A stretch of DNA of 32,000 nucleotides from Candidatus Methylomirabilis limnetica (GTDB taxonomy: Bacteria > Methylomirabilota > Methylomirabilia > Methylomirabilales > Methylomirabilaceae), in NCBI RefSeq assembly GCF_003044035.1, contig NZ_NVQC01000022.1, forward strand, positions 90,001 to 122,000, in the 5' to 3' direction. The notes under the pieces were generated by a model that was not told where the DNA came from, did not search any database, and was given only the letters and a program-made list of their open reading frames with translations. Made by a program: the position numbers and the translations under genes. Of the stretch, positions 25,860-32,000 are shown one piece after another. The stretch's first letter is position 1. The number at the start of each line of letters is the position of its first letter.

Positions 25860-28286
25860 TTACCGCAGGACGTAGCCCAGCGCTCGGTACCCGGCCTGCC
25901 GCCTCGCCGCCATCCGCGCCAGCACCGGAACAGCCATATCGGCATAGTCATAGACGATCACCTCGCTCTTGCCCTCGTGACCGCGGTGCAGGCGGCCGAC
26001 GTATTGCGCGAGCGTGCCCTTCCAGGAGATGGGCATGGCCAGAAACAGGGTGTCAAGACGAGGATCGTCGTAGCCCTCGCCGAGATAGCGGCCGGTCGCC
26101 AGGATAAGGCGCTCCTGGCCGATCGAAGAGCGTAGGACGATTTCGGCGGAGCGGCGTTCGGCGGTTGCCATGCCGCCTCGCAGCACCACCAGATTTCGGG
26201 TGAAGCCCTTGAAGCGGGCCTGGAGCGTCTCGAGATGGTCGCGCCGCTCGGTCAGGACAAGGGGACACCGGCCTGCCGTCAACGCCGTCAGCACGTCGTC
26301 GGAGATGAGCGCGTTGCGCGCCTCGTCTTGCGCCAGGGCGGCGTAGAGTGCCGAAATCGAGAGGCGATCCCCTTCCATTCCCGGCGGTAAGCGGAAGCTC
26401 GTCTCGCGTAGGCACACGCGATGTTTGAAACCCCGCTGTGCGGCCTGGGACTTGGGATCGACCCGGTGCCGCACCGGACCACACTGCATGAAGATGATCG
26501 GGTGGTGTCCATCTTTCCGGGCGACCGTCGCGGACAGCCCAAGGACGTACCGGGCCTTTGACCGTCGGGCCACCAATTCGAAGCTCACGGCGGACAGGTG
26601 ATGACACTCATCCACGATGAGCTGCCCATAGCCCGCGATCAGGTCCGACACTTCGCCCTTGCGCACCAGGCTCTGTATGAGCGCCACGTCGAGACGACCC
26701 GTCGGCTTGCGGCGACCGCCGCCAATGACTCCGATGTCGCAGGCCTCTACCGAGAGGAACGTCTTCAGGCGCTCGACCCACTGGGTGAGAAGCTCGCGTC
26801 GATGCACCAGGACGAGCGTACTGCACCCCCTTTGGGCGATCAGCGCGGCTGCGACCACCGTCTTACCGAAGGCGGTCGTCGCAGCCAACACCCCGAAATC
26901 ATAGCGAGCCATTGCGTGGAAAGCCGCAGCCTGCTCCTCGCGCAGCGTGCCGAGGAAGCGGACGGGAAGAGGTGTGCCGGACTCCCGGCGGTCTTCGACC
27001 TCGGCTTTAATCCCATGTGACCGCAGCAGTTCTCTGGTCTCGTCGAGACACCCGCGGGGCAAAGCAACATGGCGCGGATGCAGCACGGCACAGGACACGA
27101 TGCGCGGCTTGCCGAAGGTCGAGAGCCGCATGGCCTGAGCACGGTAAAACTCGGGGTTCTGAAACGCAGCGAGTCGGACGAGCCGCACCACCATCGAGGG
27201 TGGCAGGCTGGAACGGTCGATGTAGAGCTCGTCCGCAAGCACCACGCTCACGTGGCTCGGCAGCGGACCGGTGACCGCCGCCGGCTCGCGCCGCCGCGAT
27301 GGCGACATCCGCCATGGCTGATCTGCGCCCTCATCCTCGACCGGCATCCTGACGCCGAGCACACTGCCACAGGCTTCTGCCTCTGCGACCCGCTCGAAGA
27401 CGGCGTCGGCTTTCATCCGGGAAACTGACGAGAGAAAGGTCCACTGGTCTTCGTATGGCCGAAGATCGTTGTCTACGAAGACGCTGTTGCCGCGTTCTCG
27501 GACGCGCCGCTGAAGCGGCAATGCGATGAGGTTGCCGAAGCCGCCGGTCGGCATGGTGTCTTGGCTCGGAAAGAACCGATCATAGGAGGCAAAGCCGATC
27601 TCCGGCCGACGCTCCATCGTCTCAGTCAGGAGAAGGGCACCAAGCTGCCGGGCGTCACGCGCCGGCACCGGCTCGGAGAAGAAGATCCAGACATGGCCTC
27701 CTTCGCCTGAGCGGGACCGTTCAAGAGCCGCCGGCACGTCCCTGGCACGGCAGGTGCCCATGTAGGCGAGCGCGTCGGCGGCCCAGCCCTCGCCGTCAAA
27801 GTCGGCCGCCAGGAACCAGCAGGTCTCGTCGGCGAGAAGCGGATACACGCCGGCAACAAAGTCGGCGGCCCGCGGTCGCATCCGGTCCTTCCCGCGAAGG
27901 TGGCTCTCGATCACCTCGTCGGACACGGGGATGAATGCTTGGTTCGGGCATTCTCCGCACTTCACCTGCGGCTTGCCACAGACGCCCTTCACCCATTCGT
28001 TGGCGCATGCCGGCGCGTACCCTGATCGCCCTGTCTTGGCATTCTCCCAGCGCAGTGGGTACACGTCCTGGCGACCCGCGAACAGACGGCGGAACAGGGT
28101 GACCTTATCCGTTGCTCCAGCAGTGCTTGTCGCCTGACCGGCATCGACGGTGGACATCGGAGCTGCCAGCGGGGGCCGGCTCAGCAGGTCCGCTAGCCGT
28201 CTTTCCAGCGAAACCCGCTCCGCCTCAAGATCGGCAAGTCGACCCTGTATCCGCGCGACGTCTTGGTCAGCCTCTTGCTCTGCCAT
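25860..28286 (-). CDS. Archaeo-eukaryotic primase (PrimPol-like) domain fused to an SF2 DEAD/DEAH-type helicase
   Basis: 808-aa intact ORF with a GAGG RBS. It has an N-terminal coiled coil, a Cys cluster CANEWVKGVCGKPQVKCGECPN, and AEP motifs FLAADFDGE (DxD), SRSGEGGHVWIFF (sGxH) and YDRFFPSQD...GGFGNLIALPL. Helicase motifs are ATTAFGKTV (Walker A), VDECHH (motif II), LSAT (III) and QYVGRLHRG (VI). Confidence 0.85.
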   Translation of the reverse strand: MAEQEADQDVARIQGRLADLEAERVSLERRLADLLSRPPLAAPMSTVDAGQATSTAGATDKVTLFRRLFAGRQDVYPLRWENAKTGRSGYAPACANEWVKGVCGKPQVKCGECPNQAFIPVSDEVIESHLRGKDRMRPRAADFVAGVYPLLADETCWFLAADFDGEGWAADALAYMGTCRARDVPAALERSRSGEGGHVWIFFSEPVPARDARQLGALLLTETMERRPEIGFASYDRFFPSQDTMPTGGFGNLIALPLQRRVRERGNSVFVDNDLRPYEDQWTFLSSVSRMKADAVFERVAEAEACGSVLGVRMPVEDEGADQPWRMSPSRRREPAAVTGPLPSHVSVVLADELYIDRSSLPPSMVVRLVRLAAFQNPEFYRAQAMRLSTFGKPRIVSCAVLHPRHVALPRGCLDETRELLRSHGIKAEVEDRRESGTPLPVRFLGTLREEQAAAFHAMARYDFGVLAATTAFGKTVVAAALIAQRGCSTLVLVHRRELLTQWVERLKTFLSVEACDIGVIGGGRRKPTGRLDVALIQSLVRKGEVSDLIAGYGQLIVDECHHLSAVSFELVARRSKARYVLGLSATVARKDGHHPIIFMQCGPVRHRVDPKSQAAQRGFKHRVCLRETSFRLPPGMEGDRLSISALYAALAQDEARNALISDDVLTALTAGRCPLVLTERRDHLETLQARFKGFTRNLVVLRGGMATAERRSAEIVLRSSIGQERLILATGRYLGEGYDDPRLDTLFLAMPISWKGTLAQYVGRLHRGHEGKSEVIVYDYADMAVPVLARMAARRQAGYRALGYVLR

Positions 28287-28418
28287 CTAGACCTCGTACG
28301 ATTATCGAAACTGGCCGCAGTCTATACCCCTACCTACTATAAGCCATACGTAGGCGCAGGCAGTACCTCCTCAATCGCCGCCTCCGTCTGTTCAAAGGGG
28401 CCGTGTCTTCCTGGCAGG

Positions 28419-28665
28419 TCACACGCCTTGGGGCTCGCCTCTATTGCTCATCCGAAAGCGGGTGTACTCTTCGACGCTCAGCTCTAGGTCTCGCAGGACC
28501 TTTCGTAGAAGAGGCCGGACGATGACCTGTGAGCCGCGGTCAGGGATCACCACGATGCGTCTCTGACTCCGTTGTGCGACATCCTATCATAGCGCTTGAT
28601 GAGAATCCAATGACCAGGAGATGGGTATGATACCCGATCTGACACTCACGCGTCCGGGAGATACT
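28419..28665 (-). pseudogene. Degenerate HicA-like (YcfA family) toxin remnant
   Basis: The minus-strand frame reads ...SVSPGRVSVRSGIIPISWSLDSHQAL-stop-stop-DVAQRSQRRIVVIPDRGSQVIVRPLLRKVLRDLELSVEEYTRF. The C-terminal half matches the HicA pattern (..tvPvh..kel..GlLrkILrdlgLsveEf). There is no start codon, and there are two in-frame stops (TGA TAG). Confidence 0.45.
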
Positions 28666-28736
28666 GACGAATCTCCCGAGGAATTTGGAGCCGGTGAGGC
28701 TGTTGCGGGTGGGGGTAGCTAACTGCTTAGATACGT

Positions 28737-28791
28737 TGGTGCCGGAGGCGGGAATTGAACCCGCATAGGCCGAAGCCCGCAGGATTTTAAG
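28737..28791 (-). pseudogene. 3' half of a tRNA-Leu (UAA anticodon loop to CCA); probable integration scar (att)
   Basis: The reverse complement is CTTAAAATCCTGCGGGCTTCGGCCTATGCGGGTTCAATTCCCGCCTCCGGCACCA. That covers anticodon loop, 3' anticodon stem, long variable arm, T-arm, acceptor 3' strand and CCA. The sequence 5' of the loop (…CTGGGCGGT) cannot pair with TCCTG, and no D-arm or 5' acceptor strand is present. Confidence 0.7.
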
Positions 28792-28910
28792 ACCGCCCAG
28801 CGAGGACCCAGCAAATCCGCGCCCAGAGCCACTTTATCAGGATTAACGCGGAGTTAGCGATCGTCTATCATACCGATGGAGTATGACACAATGCGATAGT
28901 TTCCGACCAC

Positions 28911-28933
28911 CTACTAGCACCGCTACTAGCACC
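28911..28933. repeat. Tandem 11-mer CTACTAGCACC x2 (12-bp period) near the tRNA fragment
   Basis: CTACTAGCACC G CTACTAGCACC lies about 120 bp from the tRNA-fragment breakpoint. Its position is compatible with recombinase arm-type binding sites. Confidence 0.5.
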
Positions 28934-29276
28934 AACGCCGAAACCCTATACCCGCATGGCTCCTAAGTCGAGGAGGTGCCATACACCCTTCAGCCAAGAC
29001 GAGACGGAGGCCCCGACCGGGGGGCCAGGGGCCAGACTCAACCACGTTAGAGTGCCCTTTTCTTACGCATCTCATACAAAAGAGTGTGCCCCCAAATAGA
29101 CCGCCGTTGGACCGTGTCTGGACAGAGTTTGGACACAGGCGACGGGCGGAGGGGAGCCAGACAACTCACTGTCACCGAATGGGAGTTGACGACACCCCGC
29201 ATCAGGTGGGAGACCGTAGGCGGAGCGTGGGTGCTTTGGTTTTCGTGAGTTGGACCATGAAAAAGGAGCGTCACGC

Positions 29277-29492
29277 ATGGATGACCGGCTCTTAAGCGCG
29301 CAAGAGGTGGCGGCCCTGCTCAACCTGAAGGTCTGCACGGTGTATGACTTGGTGGCGAGGGGCGACCTGTCAGCAAGCCGCTTTGGGAGAAAGCTACGGA
29401 TTCGGCCTGGCGCGGTGGATGCCTTGGTGGTGGCACGAGAACAGCCCGAGGCCTCGCATGATACGGGTGGCCGGATGCAACGATTCGAGTAA
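29277..29492 (+). CDS. Excisionase-family / MerR-like helix-turn-helix DNA-binding protein
   Basis: 71 aa. LLSAQEVAALLNLKVCTVYDLVARGDLSASRFGRKLRIRPGAVDALV matches the excisionase-family HTH pattern. AAGGAG RBS about 9 nt before the ATG at 29277. The ORF track starts at 29250. Confidence 0.75.
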   Translation: MDDRLLSAQEVAALLNLKVCTVYDLVARGDLSASRFGRKLRIRPGAVDALVVAREQPEASHDTGGRMQRFE

Positions 29493-29564
29493 TCTGTGGC
29501 ATGCACGATCATGACAGCTAACACCATGAATTATCACGATAATAGTGTCTGTCCCTATTTTACT
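29457..29564 (+). repeat. Direct repeat copy 1 (about 108 bp), covering the last 11 codons of the excisionase gene plus 72 bp downstream
   Basis: Ungapped hand alignment with 31709..31816 gives 98 of 108 identical positions. It contains GCATGC and an imperfect inverted repeat AATAGTG-TCTGT-CCCTATT (29541..29559). Confidence 0.9.
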
Positions 29565-29755
29565 ATTTTACGATGCGCAGACGCCGGATTTATCACGCAG
29601 CCTCGCCCAATGATGTAACCCGCGTTCACCAAAGCCCGTGGATATACGCGAAGTACGTGACGAAAGGGCAGCCATAAACTGGAAGGTTGGGGTCTATCTT
29701 GGGACAAGGGGTCACTCGATCCCTTCTCCCTGCCACTCCTCCAATCTTGATCGAG

Positions 29756-31417
29756 TCAGTAGATGAGATTCCCCCCGAATTGGGGGGTCCCTCCCGACTT
29801 AATCGTCTGTATCCAGCGCTCCAAGAGGTCCTTCTCGTAGCCCCAGAACTTCTTGCAAAGCTCCAGATACTCGATGACGCTTTCCCTTTCGCCCCGTTCC
29901 AACAGTTCCTTCGCAAGGCTCATGCTGGGGCCAAAAGAGGTCAGCGTGCCCCCACCGAGTGTGTGCCCCGCCTTTATTAAATACGCCTTCGCCTCCTGTA
30001 TGTTGCCCTGTCTTAACGCAAGCTGCCCCAGGATCATGTTGCCGTCATGCACTGCTGGTCCGTACTCCTCCTCACCCGTGTGCCGAGATGCGATTTCAAG
30101 CAACTCAGTCGCAAAATTCTCAGCTTTCTTCAGCTCCCCAGCTTCAACTGCGGCTTTCGCAGCGTCACCCAGTATCATGGACCTCCACCCCTCATCAGGC
30201 GCGCCTGGTATCGCTTGTTCCCACTGTGCCAGTTCTTTCTTGGCAAATTCGGTTTTTGCTTCAGTTGACTGAGCGCGCAGCCGCTCAAGCTTGTAGTGCC
30301 GCCCTAAGCTCATGGCGTTCGACCCAGATCCTCCAGACCGTTTGAGGAGTTCCTCCGCGAGACCACGGTAATCCTGCTTGCTCAGCCCCGTCCCGTAAAT
30401 CATGGACCCATATTGAGAAAGAGTACTCCCGGCCGCTAAAATAAGCGCGGCGTCTGATGATCTCCGCAGCTCTTCCCTGGCTTTTTTCGCAAACGCTCCG
30501 GTCGTTTCAGCTGGATCCACAGATGTTGGAAGTCCGTTTTGATTCAGGCCATTCACGCCCATAATTCCCAGCGCGTAGAGATAGCCCAGGCTGGCGGACC
30601 ATTCAGGGTTCTTCGGCTCAAGCACCTGCGCCCGCTTCAATGCGCTCTCCGCCAGTTCTTTGTCCGGAAGTTGAAAAAACTTCGCGGCGCTCCTCATCAC
30701 TTTTGTGCTCGTCTTGTACCCCTCGACCTGCTTAAGCCACAGCGCCTTTGCCTGCCGATAGCCCTCCGGGTCCGCTAATGAGTGCCCTGCTGGGTCGATC
30801 GTTGCCGCCGGCGTGCCAGCCAATTCGGCCTCTGGGCGGTTTTGGATGAGCCAGAGGATGTGCCGCCGGCGTGCCTCCAGCGTCACGGCCGCCCCGGACA
30901 AACGGAGTGACCGCGCAAAATAATAATCGAGCAGGCGTGCCCGGGCATCCAGATCCTCCGGATTACGCTTCAGCCCGTCCTCCAACTGTTGGGCGTCTTC
31001 CCTGGACAAGTGCCGCCGCGCCTCCCTGGCCACCGTCTCCACTGCTGGCCCAGGAACACCTTGCTGTTTTTCCTGCCGAACGACATTCGGCTGGCCACGG
31101 TCTGGCGGCTCGGGCTCGAGGTCGTCGCAGCGCACGTAGCCGGCCCTTCGCGGCGAGGCCACCTCCGTGACTCGGCACCAGTGTCCCTGGGCATTGAGGA
31201 GGGCAAAATCGACCTGCACGATCGCGTCTCGCGCGAGAGCACTCAGCACCTTGCTCGTGGTGGCCATCTGGGCATAGAGGGGCACCCCGTCACGCTTCAC
31301 GGTTGCCCGTCCAGATAGCGCGTCCGCCTCCACCGTCCAGCCAACCGCGCCCGTCATGAGCCCGCACACAATGGCCCAGCGCAGCGCATGTACCCACAAT
31401 CGCCATGGCTCCTTCAT
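29756..31417 (-). CDS. Secreted or membrane-anchored protein with N-terminal SH3b-like domain and long TPR-like helical-repeat region; function unknown
   Basis: The ATG at 31417 is preceded by AGGAGG (7 nt spacing). Hydrophobic signal/anchor WRLWVHALRWAIVCGLMTGAVGWTV. SH3b-like segment ATVKRDGVPLYAQMATTSKVLSALARDAIVQVDF...GHWCRVTE...GYVRCDDL. The rest is Ala/Leu/Glu/Lys-rich helical repeats ending ...WIQTIKSGGTPQFGGNLIY. Confidence 0.7.
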   Translation of the reverse strand: MKEPWRLWVHALRWAIVCGLMTGAVGWTVEADALSGRATVKRDGVPLYAQMATTSKVLSALARDAIVQVDFALLNAQGHWCRVTEVASPRRAGYVRCDDLEPEPPDRGQPNVVRQEKQQGVPGPAVETVAREARRHLSREDAQQLEDGLKRNPEDLDARARLLDYYFARSLRLSGAAVTLEARRRHILWLIQNRPEAELAGTPAATIDPAGHSLADPEGYRQAKALWLKQVEGYKTSTKVMRSAAKFFQLPDKELAESALKRAQVLEPKNPEWSASLGYLYALGIMGVNGLNQNGLPTSVDPAETTGAFAKKAREELRRSSDAALILAAGSTLSQYGSMIYGTGLSKQDYRGLAEELLKRSGGSGSNAMSLGRHYKLERLRAQSTEAKTEFAKKELAQWEQAIPGAPDEGWRSMILGDAAKAAVEAGELKKAENFATELLEIASRHTGEEEYGPAVHDGNMILGQLALRQGNIQEAKAYLIKAGHTLGGGTLTSFGPSMSLAKELLERGERESVIEYLELCKKFWGYEKDLLERWIQTIKSGGTPQFGGNLIY

Positions 31418-31708
31418 AGCTTTCCTCCTGAGATGCCCCTGCCAACGCACCAAGAATCACCCCCTGCGACCTATCTTCCCATCACTCATCTCCCCCTGAG
31501 CGCTTCACTTTCAGTGATATATGGACAGTCACTCTCCCTTGAAATCCTTTCTTGGTCTTCCCCTCTGCAACATGCGTATTACTCGTCTAGTTTCCTGCGC
31601 ACCTCCCAGATGAACCCGTCTCTTCCGCAGCGGCCGCTATGTCATCGTGTGCCTTCGAATCGCGGTCGTGCCGAACGATCGCCAGGTGATCATTCCTTCG
31701 GTGCCTTA

Positions 31709-31816
31709 CATGATACGGGTGACCGAATGCAACGATTCGAGTAATCCGTGGCATGCACGATCATGACCGCGAACACCACGAATTGTTACGATAATAGTGT
31801 CTGTCACTATTTTATT
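31709..31816 (+). repeat. Direct repeat copy 2 (about 108 bp)
   Basis: Matches 29457..29564 (98/108 identical). It retains the codons ...HDTGDRMQRFE-stop without an upstream HTH, and carries the perfect inverted repeat AATAGTG-TCTGT-CACTATT (31793..31811). Confidence 0.9.
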
Positions 31817-31853
31817 GTGTGCATTATGGCCAGTAGGCCCAATTGTTGTCACC

Positions 31854-31897
31854 GGTCATGAGAAACTGTACCAGGAATGGTCATGAAAAGTGTACCA
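31854..31897. repeat. Tandem iteron-like direct repeat GGTCATGA(G/A)AA(AC/-)(T/G)TGTACCA x2
   Basis: GGTCATGAGAAACTGTACCA (31854..31873) and GGTCATGAAAAGTGTACCA (31879..31897) are separated by 5 nt, about 40 bp after direct-repeat copy 2. Confidence 0.55.
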
Positions 31898-32000
31898 CCT
31901 TTAGGGGGCATTTCTCGTAAAAAAGCCGTACCATCGATCCCTCACACGAAACCAGGAGGGATGCGATGGAGGGAGTCGGAGTAGGAATTGATGATTAATT

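Larger units (their letters stand above)
28792..32000. mobile_element. Putative integrated element (partial; continues beyond the window) abutting the tRNA-Leu 3' fragment
   Basis: The broken (anticodon-loop) side of the tRNA fragment faces higher coordinates, which is where element DNA is expected. The region holds arm-like tandem 11-mers, an excisionase-family gene, about 108-bp direct repeats and iteron-like repeats. No integrase is visible in the window. Confidence 0.4.

Noticed and set aside
26053-27428. Numerous 60-184-aa ORFs on both strands inside the primase-helicase gene
   Set aside because: All are alternative frames of a strongly supported 808-aa gene in very GC-rich DNA, with Arg/Pro/Gly-rich products.
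29047-29527. Minus-strand ORFs (75 and 151 aa), examined as a possible integrase remnant next to the tRNA fragment
   Set aside because: No tyrosine-recombinase motifs were found (no R..HxxR..Y pattern or LGH-type box). The 151-aa ORF is antisense to the well-supported excisionase-family gene.
29457-29564. Integron attC interpretation of the 108-bp repeats
   Set aside because: No GTTRRRY / RYYYAAC core sites lie at the repeat ends, no intI or attI is in the window, and the copies are direct repeats sharing coding sequence with xis rather than imperfect palindromes.
31388-31744. 118-aa + strand ORF ending in HDTGDRMQRFE as a second excisionase gene
   Set aside because: Only the last 11 or so codons, which lie inside the direct repeat, resemble the excisionase. 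The rest is Ser/Pro/Leu-rich, lacks an HTH and overlaps the promoter region and start of the 553-aa gene on the other strand.
31959-31997. Possible gene start after AGGAGGG near the window end
   Set aside because: Both ATGs (31959 and 31965) run into stop codons within 8-11 codons, so there is no gene here within the window.

Overview
GC-rich bacterial chromosomal window; the taxon cannot be assigned from the sequence alone. Positions 1 to about 24.7 kb are mainly housekeeping genes on the + strand. They begin with a cobalamin nucleotide-loop cluster: cobU, cobT, a short cobQ-like remnant, then cobS. A cobalamin riboswitch follows, leading a B12 uptake operon (TonB-dependent receptor, btuF, btuC, btuD and tonB-like genes). 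Downstream are an M50 protease, uppS, a small exosortase-associated family protein, msrB (-), tRNA-Leu(CAG) (-), a hotdog thioesterase, a DUF62 SAM hydrolase, a sigma-70 family factor, pcm, a rhomboid protease, a zincin-like peptidase, an S8 subtilase, a threonine-synthase-like fusion protein, an endonuclease III-like gene (-), ruvX, mltG, a TPR lipoprotein, rlmN and an initiator tRNA-fMet. From 24.7 kb to the window end the content is accessory and partly decayed. It holds a Phd-type antitoxin with a frameshifted PIN toxin, an intact 808-aa archaeo-eukaryotic-primase/SF2-helicase fusion (-), a degenerate HicA toxin and a 3' half of a tRNA-Leu(UAA) that looks like an att scar. It also holds an excisionase-family HTH gene and a 553-aa secreted SH3b/helical-repeat protein (-) bracketed by about 108-bp direct repeats. 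Structures not explained by genes are: (1) heptamer-periodic inverted repeat arrays, one filling the pcm-rhomboid spacer and a related one inside the riboswitch; (2) a 46-bp G/C palindrome with 8-bp flanking duplication inserted in frame in btuC; (3) several short tandem repeats near the putative att region. No CRISPR array, rRNA or transposase was seen. All calls rest on reading the translations and sequence by eye; no database search was possible.
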